This document shows positions 36,510 to 48,835 of a DNA stretch of 64,000 bases, piece by piece. Location of the stretch: assembly GCA_038087875.1 (NCBI GenBank), contig CM075993.1, forward strand, positions 10,046,001 through 10,110,000, given 5' to 3'. This DNA is from Malacoraja senta. Its lineage: Eukaryota. Each line of letters starts with the position of its first letter. Positions within the stretch are counted from its first letter, which is position 1. The notes under the pieces are model-generated. The model did no database searches, was not told where the DNA came from, and saw only the letters and a program-made list of their open reading frames with translations. Made by a program: the position numbers and the translations under genes.

Positions 36510-38657
36510 TGTACTATTCTGTGGGGGTTGGGTCATTAGTTTGGTCCAAACCTCCAACACCCTCACCCCTCAGGTTCTCGTCCTCTTCTGGGTGTCAAAT
36601 ATTCTCCGTGCACCTAAACCCGAGACCCCATGTCTCAGTGTGTAGCCGATGCAGGTTTAAACCGATGGTAGACCCGCTGAGTTACTCCAGAGTTTGTGTC
36701 TCCCTGGGTCTCGGTGTGGGACTGGAGCGTTGTTTACCTCTGCGGCAATGCTTTGCTACGCAGGTTTGAGAATCGCTGGCCGCTGATATTCGACGAGTTC
36801 CAGATCAGTGAACAAGACAATGTTATGTTTCTCTCAGCCAACGGATCTCAGCCAAGCTGCCCATTGTCACTACTTTATGAGGTCTGCTCCTTGCTGAGTC
36901 AGCTGGCATAAGCGATAGCACTTTATATCCTGCTACAGTACTTCAATTGTAATTAAACTCTTTACCAGCTGCTACCTCACCACCAGGGAGACATTTCAGT
37001 CCAGGCGGGTTCTGCATCATTTTTTTTCCAATTTGCAGATTATTTGTTTAGTCGCAGAGCTTAAACAATCCTGATAAAAGTTATAAATGAGAAATATGGC
37101 CTGTAATAATACAAGAGGCACATTAATTTCAGGCACATAGTAATTAATGAGATGTTTTGACGCATTAGGTTTTAATGGACCCTGGACTATCCTTTTATAT
37201 TTGACGCATTACATGCTTTATCTCTTGTTTTCAGTGCTCAGTGGTGTGGAAGGATTTGATTATTTAGTAATTGGATCTATCCGCTGGAGAGTTAGGTTGA
37301 AAGCCTTGAATAAATTAGTCGCTTTGACTCAAAAGTCCGCTATCTGATCCGCAACCCTCTCGGATTGCTAGATTAGTGGAGGTAATATGAATCAGTGATG
37401 TGCGGGTGAACAGTGTAGACTCACAGCAAGGTAGCCGGAGGGGACTGAACACCTCTGCTTGTTGAGTCTCATTGTCTGTAACTCGTTTTCACCTAGGCCA
37501 CAGCTAGCAATGGCCTGTTCCATTTATTATCGTTACTTTTTTGCATATCTTTCATTCATTTGTTCTATATCTCTCTATATATCACCGCCTATATCACTTG
37601 TTTCCCTTTCCCCTGACTCTTAGTCTGAAGAAGGGTCTTGAGAGGTTGAGTAGACTGGTTCTCTATTCCTTGGAGCACAGGAGGATGAGGTGTGATCTTA
37701 CGGAGGTGTATAAAATCATGAGAGGAATAGATCGGGTAGATGCACAGAATCTCTTGCCCAGAGTAGGGGAATCGAGGACCAGAGGACACAGGTTCAAAGT
37801 GAAGGGGAAAAGATTTAATAGGAATCTGAGGAGTCACTTTTTCACACAAAGGGTGGTGGGTGTATGGAACGAGCTGCCAGAGGAGGTAGTTGAGGCGGGG
37901 ACTATCCCAACGTTTAGGAAACAGTTAGACAGGTACATGGATAGGTCAGGTTTGGAGGGATATGGAGTAAGCGCAGGCAGGTGGGACTAGTGTAGCTGGG
38001 ACATGTTGGCTGGTGTGGGCAAGTTGGGCCGAAGGGCCTGTTTTGACTATGACCCGAAACGTCACTTACTCCTTTCCTCCAGAGATGCTGCCTGTCCCGC
38101 TGAGTTACTCCAGCCTTTTGTGTCTATCTTCGGTTTAAAGCAGCATCTGCAGTTCCTTCCTACACATTGTGCCTGCAATTAAGGCAGCTTCAAATGGAAC
38201 AGGAACAAGCTAATGCATCTAAAGTTAATGTTAACCTAACCCACCCATTGTGCAACTAATAGGGAACGGAATAATCGGTGTAAAACTGGCAAACACCTGA
38301 TGCCATCCAGTCTTAGCATAAAATCAGCCCCGGGATGAAATTAGTCAATGATTTAGGTTCAAGCACAATGATCAAAGCTTACCCTCTACCTGATCCACAC
38401 GTGTGCCAAGATAACTCAAGATTACTGCCATAGTTGTAAGCTTTGTATGTCACCAAATACTCATGTTTGCTACATTTTTTTGGAACGTAGCAGGAGGCCA
38501 TTTGGCTCATCGAATCTGTGCCTCTGTCAGACATTCTTATCAATTCCATCCGGTGAAGCTGCTGTGGGAATAGACTGTTTATGAAGCCCTCTGATTGATA
38601 GATTAATAGGGCATTTAAAAGAGAGAAAGAACAACAAATTGAGTATATAAAAGCATC

Positions 38658-38982
38658 TAGTTTAGTTTTTAGTTTAGAGATACAGCGTGGAAACAGGCCC
38701 TCCGGCCCACCGAGTCCGCACCGACCAGTGATCCCCGCACACTAACACTATCCTACACACACTAGGGACAATTTGTGCACTTACACCAAGCCAATTAACC
38801 TACATACTTGTACGGCTTTGGAGTGTGGGAGGAAACCGAAGATCTCGGAGAAACCCCATGCAGGTCACGGGGAGAACGTACAAACTCCGAACAGACAGCA
38901 CCCGTAGACGGGATCGAACCCTGGTCTCCGGCACTGCAAGCGCTGTAAGGCAGCGACTCTACCGCTGTGCCACCATGGCCGC
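38658..38982 (-). mobile_element. HE1-type V-SINE
   Basis: Full-length minus-strand copy. Confidence 0.9.
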
Positions 38983-39299
38983 GTGTTGACCCACTTTACA
39001 CCACTCATGCCCAATCTCATTTTATTCCCCCACATTCCCTGTTCACAACCTGGCCACAATTCTACCACTCATCTGCACACCACGGGCAATGTACAATAGC
39101 CAATTGCTGCCACCAACCTGTGGTCACAAGCTCACAGGCAACTCACCCTTGTGTCTTGGTGTTATTATGTTACACTGCCCCTTCTGCTAAAGAATGCATC
39201 CCCGCTGCAGATGCAGGCAATGGGCGCATACATTTCACATGTCTCTTCTAGAATTGCAGGGTAGGTGGGCAGGTAGACTGATAGATAGACAGATAGATG

Positions 39300-39421
39300 A
39301 ATGGATCGATGGATGATGGATGGATGGATGGATGCATGGATGGATGGATGGATGGATGGATGGATGGATGGATGGATGGATGGATGGATGGATGGATGGA
39401 TGGATGGATAGATGGTTGGAT
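39300..39421. repeat. (GGAT)n microsatellite preceded by (GATA)n
   Basis: Directly visible. Confidence 0.98.
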
Positions 39422-40509
39422 ACATAAAGAAAGGGAGATAATTGTGACAATGGGCAGTTTTAATCTTAGCTTGGGATCAAGGAAAGAGCGTTCACATCGC
39501 GGCTCTGTTTCCTCCCTGTTTCCACAAGAAGCAACAAGACAGACACCTTGTATGCAGATGCCGAGAAGTGTGTTCAGCTCTGGCTGAACCACCTCTAATC
39601 TTGTGAGTGGACTCGATAAGAAGAAGATCTTAACTTCATTGACTATCCCACACACCACCACCCAACCCCACAAATTAATTTTGGTGTGTAGGAAGGAACT
39701 GGTTTACACTGAAGATAGACACAAAATGCTGGAGTAACTCAGCGGGACAGGCAGCATCTCTGGATAGGAATGGGTGACGTTTTGGATCGAGACCCTTCTT
39801 CAGACATCAGTCTAAAAATGAATTTTAATCTTATCCTACCACACCCACAGCAACAGAGGCATTTTCACACCAAATACCCCATATTCACCCCAAATACCCA
39901 AAGTGTGTAATTCTATCCTTGCTTGCTTACCCCATCACCTTGTACATAAGATGCCATTTTAACCACAGCAACAACAACCTGCTCAACAGGAACCATTTTC
40001 ACCCAAGAAGAGCAATTTCAACCCAACCTCAATACTTCTCATCCCTCCCAATAGAGGCAGTTGTAATCCTATCTGTCCAATAAACATACAACCAAGGGCA
40101 CACTCCAAGTTTGCAATTAATTTGAAAACTTTTGGCATCCGAATATACAGATAAGTTCAACCTGAAGAAATCCCAGTTTTGGGAGAATCAAAAACCAAGG
40201 AACACAAATACAGTTCCAAAATGAGACAATAGTTCAGAGCCAGAATCCGTACCTGACATTGCAGAGTTCACTATCTCTAGATGGAGCTGAAAGAAATAAG
40301 GTAAGCTAGATAAGAAGCTAGATAAGAACATTATAGATGGAAGGATAGGCTTAGACGGGTGAAAATAGGCCGGGAGAAATTTAATGTAGAATTTAAACAT
40401 TGGCACAGCTCAGATGGGCAAAGGTGACTAGTTTCTGTGTATTCAAGTTTACAGAAATGGACAAAACATGACAACATAGAACATGGCAAAGTTTTAGACA
40501 TCTAGCTAA

Positions 40510-41034
40510 AGGGGCTGTCCCACTGCAGCGACCTAATTGGCGAGTTTAGAAGAGTTTAATGTCATGTTGAAGACCTCCTTCGACCTCCTTCAACTATGTT
40601 GAAGACTAGCTTCGACTAGCTACGACTAACTTTGGGAAAATTGGACACCGAATAGTGGAGAGTGAAGACGACCTCCTTCGATCTCCTTCAACCTCCCTTC
40701 AACTATGATGAAGACTATCTACGACTACCTTTGATTACCTTTGACTACCCTCGATTACCTACGACTAACATTGCGACCTACTACAACTAAACCTACGAGT
40801 AAAAAAAGTATTGATTTTTTCCATGGCAACCTTTTTTTACTCGCGGGCATTTTTCAACATGTTGAAAAAGACACCGCGACCTAGCTGAGGCCTCGAGTAC
40901 ACGTGGACTACTCTCGAGCATGAAGGAGAGTTACAAAGACCTCCTAGGACCTCGTGTCGACCATGCTGCGAGCATGAGTCGAGGGCAAACTCGCCAGAAC
41001 TCGTGGATTAGGTCGCCCAAGTGGGACAGGCCCT
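40510..41034. mobile_element. PIF/Harbinger-type MITE (TAA TSD)
   Basis: TIR AGGGGCTGTCCCACT..GCGACCTAAT / ATTAGGTCGC..AGTGGGACAGGCCCT; TAA at 40507-40509 and 41035-41037; internal CGACT/CGACC-like short repeats. Confidence 0.85.
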
Positions 41035-42537
41035 TAAGGACCTATCCAATGAAGCCCCATTTTAAATGAGTTCACTCTCATTCTTCTAACCTCAAGAGAA
41101 TACACCAAATCCCAGGACAGTGCTTGACTAACAAACTGAGTTTCAAAATGCAATGTATCATGCTGGAGTGGTTCAAGCGAACATAGTGGGTGTAAACATG
41201 GTTCAGGCGTGTGAGCGTTGAGTTGAGTTTAGCGAGGTACAGTGAAAAGCTTTTGTTGCGTGCTATCCAGTCAGCAGAAAGACCCTACATGATTACAATC
41301 GAGCCGTCCACGGTGCATAAATGGAATAACGTGAATAACATTTAGAGCAAGATAAAATCCAGTAAAGTCCAATCAAAGATTGTCCGAGTGTCTCCAATGT
41401 GATGGATAGTAGTTCAGGACTGCTCTCTAGTTGTTGGTAGGAAAGTTGCCTGAAAGCAGCTGGGAAGAAACTGTCCCTGAATCTGGAGATGTGAGTTTTC
41501 ACACTTCTATACCTTTTGCCTGCTGGAAGAGGGGAGACGGAGTGCAACTCATCCTTGATGATGCTGGTGGCCTTGCCGAGGCAGCGTGAGGTGTAAATGG
41601 AGTCTATGGAAGGGAGCTGGATTGTGTGATGAGAGGGTACACAAAAATGCTGGAGAAACTCAGCGGGTGCAGCAGCATCTATGGAGCGAAGGAAATAGGT
41701 AACGTTTCGGGCCGAAACCCTTCTTGTGTGATGAGAGGTTGGATTGTGCATTGACGGGCATTGTGCATTAACCAGCAGAGTTACATTCTGTGTAGTTTGC
41801 TTTGCAGGGAGGTCCCACAGGGCGTGATTTTTAAGGCTGCTCTTGCGCCACCTACAATTGAAATGCTTAGAGTCAGGAAAAATATCAACACAAAACTGCA
41901 TCTTGTCTGGAGACGGCTGATGGAGGATTAATTTTAATCGAAAGAGATACAAAGCCATGAATCAGCTCCACAACGACAATTCGATCAGCTGTCAGGCCAG
42001 ACGATTAAATGACTCATTTCAGACTGCTGCAGCGTCAGCCTCTTGCAATGAGATAAGGAGAGCTAAGTGTAGTAATCATCGTTCATTAAACCGAATGGAT
42101 GATTCAATCACATTTTTACTGGGTACGTGTGCTGATATCTGTGCCTGTTGCTTCGTAGCAAAACTGATTACTGTTGGTATCAGCTGCACTGCCTTAATAG
42201 AACGGGTTGAAAAGGTTGGCTGCTATTCATTCCTGGAGTTTAGTGTTGGCTCTCTGAAGCTAACACATTCTGCACAGTGTAATAAATAATCCTTGTGCTG
42301 TCATTTTATTTAATCACTGGCACCGACTCCTTAGCAAAGGGGTGAGCAGGTGAGCCACAGGGCTAATACTTGGAGGTCTGGCACAAAATACAAAGGATAG
42401 GCAAATCCTAACTATGCTGCAATCTCGAGAGGGAACAGCACAGGGGCGCAGCAGATCCATAGATGAATCAGAATCCCAGCTTACAGTATGGTAGAGCTGA
42501 ATGGTAGAGCTGAATCAGAGAATCCCAGCTTACAGTA

Positions 42538-42853
42538 TGTGTAGGAAGGAACTGCAAATAGACACAAAAAGCTGGAGTAACTCAGCGGGACAGGCAGCAT
42601 CTCTGGAGAGAAGGAATGGGTGACGTTTTGGGTCGAGATCCTTCTTCAGACTTTCAATCTCCACAAGGAACTGCAGATGCTGGTTTAAACCAAAGTTTTA
42701 GGCGACGTTTTGGTTCGAGAGTCTGAAGAAGGGTCTCGACCAGAAATGTCACCCATTCCTTCTCTCCAGAGATGCTGCCTGTCCCGCTGAGTTACTCCAG
42801 CATTTTCTGTCTATCTTCGGTTTAAACCAGCATCTGCAGTTCCTCCCTACACA
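42538..42853. mobile_element. Compound Penelope-derived inverted-repeat element
   Basis: Left arm 42538-42651, a partial third arm, and right arm 42721-42853. Confidence 0.8.
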
Positions 42854-43424
42854 CTTTGATTATGTTGGCTGCTTTTCTGAGACGTCATGAAGTGTACATG
42901 GAGTCTATGGTGGGAAGTCTGGTCTTGTGTGATGGTTATATGTCTGTGTAACTGTAGCGGAAATATTACCAGTTCATTTCAGTTCAATTCAGTTTATGTA
43001 CCGAGGTACAGTGAAAAGCTTTGTTGCGTGCTAACTAGTCAGCAGAAAGACAATATATGATTACAATCGAGCCATTCACAGAGTGCAGATACATGATAAG
43101 GGGATAACGTTTAGAGCACGATAGAGCCAATAAAGTCTGATCAAAGATAGTCTGAGGGTCACCAATGAGGTGGATAGCAGTTCAGGACTGCTCTCTAGTT
43201 GAAGTAAGATGGTTCACATTCAGTATTGAAACATTTTTGTTCCCAGGAACATTTCTCAGCCTGTGTTATATAAGAAAATTAATGTGGTTGCCAATAGTGC
43301 CAGTATCAGGTGCCTGACTTGATTATTAATTGAGCAGCAGGTTGACTGGCTGATGCCTTAAGACTTTCCAAGCTGGAAAAGCATGCGTCCAGGTTCTCAA
43401 AGGTTGTCTTTCATTTCTCTGCAG

Positions 43425-43536
43425 GTTGCACGGCAGATACCATGAGATGGCTCCTCACATAGTGCCAATGGACTACACCAACGAGCCAGACGTCACAATA
43501 CCAATACAACTCATTGTAAACATGCCAGAGCTCAAG
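43425..43536 (+). CDS. CIB2: CIB2 coding exon 3 (112 nt, LHGRYHEMAPHIVPMDYTNEPDVTIPIQLIVNMPELK)
   Basis: Acceptor tttcatttctctgcAG, donor AAG/GTACAG. In frame with exon 2 (CG+G = Arg). Carries the VPMDY and MPEL motifs of CIB2. Confidence 0.93.
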
Positions 43537-43691
43537 GTACAGGGAGACAAACTTCATGTGCATGCAGTGTTTGTACGATTGAAGAGGGTAATCCAAGTTC
43601 AGCCACGCAGCTAATAGCGCAATGATTCTTTGTTTGGGGCAAGTCATAGAATATTATATTTAATGCACTTCCACAACACAATATGGACTAG

Positions 43692-43939
43692 TGCAGGAAA
43701 GAACTGCAGATGCTGGTTTAAATTGAAGATAGACACAAAATGCTGGAGTAACTCTGCGAGACAGGCAGCATTTCTGGAGAGAAGGAATGGGTGATGTTTC
43801 GGGTCGAGACCCTTCTTCAACATGATCAAATATTTGTCTGAAGAAGGGTCTCGTCTCGAGCCAAAACGTCACCCATTCCTTCTCTCCAGAGATGCTGCCT
43901 GTCCTGCTGAGTTCCTCCAGCATTTTGTGTCTACCTTCA
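43692..43939. mobile_element. Penelope-derived inverted-repeat element
   Basis: Opposed arms just downstream of exon 3. Confidence 0.8.
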
Positions 43940-44151
43940 CAATGAGGAAGAGCATGAGTTAAACATTAGGCAATGTCACAAACAACTTGTTCTCCATTCT
44001 ATGGGAGGGTGGTGCACTCAGAGTAATGGTGGTGGGATTTGTCTGCACTGGGAAGAGCAAAGACATGCGCGGATTAAATCTTTATTGTTGGGAATAACGG
44101 GCGATGCCCCGAGGAATAGGGGAATAGCACAGCATGCACTTGTGGCAGACA

Positions 44152-44441
44152 TTAGTTTAGAAATACAGCACGGAAACAGGCCCTTCAGCCCATCGAGTCC
44201 ATGCCTACCAGTGATCCCAATACACTAACACTATCCTACACACAATTTACAATTCTTACCAAAGCCAATTAACCTACGAACCTGTACGTCTTTGGAGTGT
44301 GGGAGGAAACCGAAGCATCCAGATAAAACTCACGTGGTCACAGGGAGAACGTACAAACTCCGTACAGACAGCACCTGTAGTGGGGATCGAATCGGGGTCT
44401 CTGGCGCTGTGAGGCAGCAACTCTACCGCTGCGCCACCGTG
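44152..44441 (-). mobile_element. HE1-type V-SINE
   Basis: Near full-length minus-strand copy. Confidence 0.88.
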
Positions 44442-44679
44442 CGACCACACCGTATCAATATAAGATAACAACTTAGGACTGAAACCAATGGTGTAATAGA
44501 ATGATGAGATTATTAAATCCCAGGAGATTCTAGGACATTCCTGGAGTATTTTGCTGTCGGGACTGCCTGATGAATCAGGAACTAGAATACACCAGCAGAC
44601 TACCTGGAGTTGCAGCTTTCAAAGATTCTGCCTTTGTAACGGGATCTTTAAATGGTACCACCAACTTGCGGAGTGACCA

Positions 44680-45154
44680 GTAGACAATAGACAATAGATA
44701 ATAGACAATAGGTGCAGGAGGAGGCCATTTGGCCCTTTGAGCCAGCACCGCCATTCAATGTGATCATGGCTGATCATCCCCAATCAGTACCCTCTTCCTG
44801 CCTTCTCCCCATATCCCCTGACTCCGCAATTTTTTAGAGCCCTATCTAGCTCTCTCTTGAAAGCATCCAGAGAACCGGCCTCCACCGCCCTCTGAGGTAG
44901 AGAATTCCACAGACTCACCACTCTTTGTGAGAAAAAGTGTTTCCTCGTCTCCGTTCTGAATGGCTTACTCCTTATTCTTAAACTGTGACCCCTGGTTCTG
45001 GACTCCCCCAACATCGGGAACATGTTTCCTGCCTCTAGCGTGTCCAAGCCCTTAATAATCTTATATGTTTCAATGAGATACCCTCTCATCCTTCTAAACT
45101 CCAGAGTGTACAAGCCCAGCCGCTCCATTCTCTCAGCATATGACAGTCCCGCCA
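44680..45154 (-). mobile_element. CR1-clade LINE 3' end
   Basis: ORF 44784-45155 (AGLSYAERMERLGLYTLEFRRMRG...), (ATAGACA)n tail. Confidence 0.92.
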
Positions 45155-46049
45155 ATTGTCAGAATGGCCTCACTGCCCCATCTGTGTTCGTGGAGGATCA
45201 TTCCTGATGGCATTGGAAGGCCAGGACAAAGATAACAGGCATTGCCAAATATTCAGAGACCCTGGGAACAGATATAGAAATGAGAAATCCAGTGAAAATC
45301 TTCAGAGAAATGTCTGCTCAGCCTCTTTAATAGCAGAATAGTGTTTTTTTTGTTTCATGTGAGACTTTGTCCAATACCCAGTAAAAAAAAAACCATGGAC
45401 CACATCAGTTGTTCTGGGGTTTCATGGGGTATGGGCGGAAATAGACAAAATATGAGTCTTGATACAGTGAAATTCTTTTCATTATTTCTGCTACAATACC
45501 TTTAACATTTAAAGTCCACAATAAGGTCATGGATAATGTGAATCAAGTTGTATTCTTATTCGTCACTTGCGCATAAAGTGCAAGTGACGAATAACATCCA
45601 CCACAGCATTCATCACTGTGGTGGAAGGCACAAAAATTGGCCAGTCCTCCTCCATTTTCCCCCGTGGTCGCTCTCAAAATCTCAAGCAGTAAAGGCAGAC
45701 ATCAAAGATGAAAGTGCCCATCACCTTCAGTCTGTTGATACAGCCTTGTTTGCCAGGGCAGAAGACCAAGAGCTTAAACCCAGCAAAACAAAGCTCATGT
45801 TTTCTGGTGTTATTTTCTCAGAGTAAGGGAGTCTAAAACGAGAGGGCAGAGGTTGAAGGTGCGATGGGCTCGGGTTTCCACACAGAGAGTGGTGTACTTT
45901 GCACAAACTGCCAGAGGATGTGGGAGAGGCAGGTACAATGATGAAGTATAGGACAGTACAGCACAAGAACAGGCCCTTCAGCCAACAATGCTTGTGCCCA
46001 ACATGATGCCTGCTCGTGATCCATATCCCTCCATTCCCTGCATATACTC

Positions 46050-46468
46050 ATCAGGAAGGCTGGCTCCGTCCTGGGGGCAGAGTTGGATTCATGGGAGGTT
46101 GGTCTTGGAGGGGGAGATTGCTCCTCAAACTGCGGAGCATCTTGGACAATACAGCTCACCCCCTCCATGACACACTGGTCAACCTGACGAGTACCTTCAG
46201 CAACAGACTGGTTCCACCAAGATACAATACAGAACGCCACAGGAGATCCTTCTTCCCTGTGGCTATCAAACTGTACAACTCCTCACCCTTCTGTCGTGGG
46301 GTAGACTGACTCCCCTTCCCCCTCCCTCCTCCTCCCCTCCCCAATCTTTGCACATCCCCAATCCTTTCCACTCATCACATTAATTTCATGTTTCATATAT
46401 TTTGTGTTTTATGACCAATGTCAGATCAATTTTCCTCCTGGGATAAATAAAGTTCTATTGTATCGTAT
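46050..46468 (+). mobile_element. Rex1/Babar-type LINE 3' end (third subfamily)
   Basis: KLRSILDNTAHPLH...TERHRRSFFPVAIKLYNSS; tail gggataaataaagttctattgtatcgtatc. Confidence 0.78.
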
Positions 46469-47725
46469 CTCCCTGCCTATCTAAAAGTTTCTTCAATGCC
46501 ACTATTGTATCTGCCTGCACCACCATTTCAGGCAACGTTTAAAAGACAGTTGGACAGGTCCATGGGTAGGAAAGGTTTCAAGGAATATGGGCTAAATGCA
46601 GGCAAACTAGTTGAGGAAGACACCTTGATGAGCAGGGATGAGCTGGAGCGTTGGGCCTGGATCCATGTCATGTAATTCTATGACCTCTTCACTCTAGTTG
46701 ATGAAACAGCCGTAATTCAGCTGAGTTGCCGGCAGAAGCAATAAGTTGATTAAACTGTGTTCGACCATACATGCCATCAATAAATTGTTTCCAACGATTG
46801 GAAAGTAAACACTGACTATCAGCCTTGTAAAGATGTTTCAATGTGATAACGAGTAAGTGCAGATGCTGGTCTATACCAAAGATTGACACAAAGTGCAGGA
46901 GGAACTCGGCAGGTCAGGCAGCATCCCTGCTTGAGAGGGAAAGATAAATCCACCATGATTGAATAAAGAAGACTGGATGGGCTGAATGGCCTAATTCTGC
47001 CCCTATAACATGAATTTAGGAGAACATGGATAGATAGCATTTCGAGCTGGAAAGCTTTCTCAGACTCTCAACAAAGCTCTTGTTTCAAGCCTCGGAGCAA
47101 TCATTATATGGTTATATAAATCGTTTAAATCACAGGATGTGGGAATTGTTGGCAAGGATGACGTTTGTCGCCCATCATCGACTGTAACTCAGAGGCAGCA
47201 TCTCTGGAGAGAAAGAATGGGTGACGTTTCCAGTCGAGAAGCTGAAGAAGGGTCTCGTCCCGAAATGTCACTCATTCCTTCTCTCCAGAAATGCTGCCTG
47301 TCCCACTGAGTTACTACAGCATTTTGTGTCTATATCCAGTAGCTAAGTGGCTCGCCAGAGAACGCAATGTTGGTGTGGGCCTGGAGTCACGTTTGGGCCA
47401 TGTTTGGGTAAGGTTCCCTTTCTTGATGGAGCCACTGGATGGTTGAACAATCGTCCAGCATCACAAATACTTATGTCCTCAATAATGCTGAGCATCACAT
47501 TTCCCCAGCCCATTTACTTTCCAGACTTTGGAAATAATTTGCGGAGGGCTTGTGTCATTCACTGCAGTTTACATATAGACGTACTTCAGAGTTCATCTAC
47601 TGGAAATATGGGTACAGTTCAAAAACAAGTAAGGTGCAATCACTCTGATGGGATTACTCCAAAGGCCTTCCAAAAGCCAGCAGGAGATGATAGAGTGGTA
47701 AAGAAAGCATATCAATGATACTTTT

Positions 47726-47902
47726 AGCATCTCTGGAGAGAAGGAATGGGTGACGTTTCGGATCGAGACCCTTTATCAGACTGATCTCGACCTGAAACGT
47801 CACCCATTCCTTCTCTCTAGAGATGCTGCCTGTCCAGCTGAGTTACTCCAGCATTTTGTGTCTACCTTCGATTTAAACCAGCATCTGCAGTTCTTTCTTA
47901 CA
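47726..47902. mobile_element. Penelope-derived inverted-repeat insertion with near-perfect TSD
   Basis: Flanks caatgatactttt / caatgacactttt. Confidence 0.78.
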
Positions 47903-47916
47903 CAATGACACTTTTG

Positions 47917-48226
47917 GTTTAGTTTAGAGATACAGCACGGAAACAAGCCCTTCGGCCCACCGAGTCCGTGCCGACCAGCGATCCCCGCACATTATCAGTA
48001 TCCTACACACACTGGGGACAATTTTTTTTTGCATTTACCAAGCCAATTTACCTACAAACCTGTATGTCTTTGGAGTGTGGGAGGAAGCCAAAGATCTCGG
48101 AGAAAACTCACGCGGTCACGGGGAGAACGTACAAACTCCCTACAGACAGCACCCATAGTCGGGATCGAACCCGAGTCTCCGACGCTGTAAGGCAGCAACT
48201 CTACCGCTACGCCGCCGTGCCGCCCC
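47917..48226 (-). mobile_element. HE1-type V-SINE
   Basis: Full-length minus-strand copy. Confidence 0.9.
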
Positions 48227-48707
48227 TTTAATGTCACATGTACAGTGAAATTCTTTGTTTTTGTATACAATCCTGTAAAATCATACAGCAGACATCACCT
48301 GGGTGGTACACAAAGAGTCGCCGCCTTTCTGGCACCAACAAAGTTTCAAAAGTCTCATCTTCTGGCAGCGGCGAACCAGGCCCGCCTCCGCAAATGTCCA
48401 CAGGCGGCCCCTCGCCAGCTCCCTCTGTGCGCTCGGCGACCCGGCCACCCGCTATCCTTGACTCCATCGGTCAGGGCATTGAATATCAAGTCAGGAAATC
48501 ATGCTGCAGCTATATTACATTTTGGTTGAGCTACATTCGAAGTATTGTCTGCAACTCTGGTCTCCCCTTTACAGGAAGGGCGTGGAGGCTTTGGAGAGGT
48601 TGCAGGAGTTTTGCCAAGATGTCGCCTGCATTAAAGGATATTGACTATACTCCAAGTGAACACACTTGGAATATTTTCTCTGGAAAGTCAGAGATTGACG
48701 AAGGACC

Positions 48708-48835
48708 TTCTTCTTCTTCCTCTTGCGTATGACGTGCACAGCCTAAAGTTGTAGGACAACTTGTTCCATTTGATCTTATTTGATTGCATTCGTCGAAACA
48801 GGGCGGACCACGTGAAGGTTGCCATCTCCCACCCC
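48708..48835 (-). mobile_element. Short non-autonomous retroposon with HDV-like ribozyme head, copy 2 (internal deletion of ~24 nt)
   Basis: Reverse complement begins GGGGTGGGAGATGGCAACCTTCACGTGGTCCGCCCTGTTTCGACGAATGCAATC and ends CATACGCAAGAGGAAGAAGAAGAA. Interrupts an old CR1-like fragment. Confidence 0.8.
48782..48835 (-). ncRNA. Minimal HDV-like ribozyme fold, copy 2
   Basis: P1 GGGGTGG/CCGCCCT with G1-U wobble, P2 GATGGCA/TGCAATC (1 mismatch), P3 ACC/GGT, L3 TTCACGT, GT after P1, J4/2 CGAA. Confidence 0.75.

Noticed and set aside
39165..39673. Repetitive (IHPS)n / (MDGW)n proteins
   Set aside because: Translations of the (GGAT)n microsatellite.
41293..41958. Longest ORF in the track (221 aa)
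   Set aside because: Chance fusion of intronic DNA, a Penelope arm and a Rex1 3' fragment.
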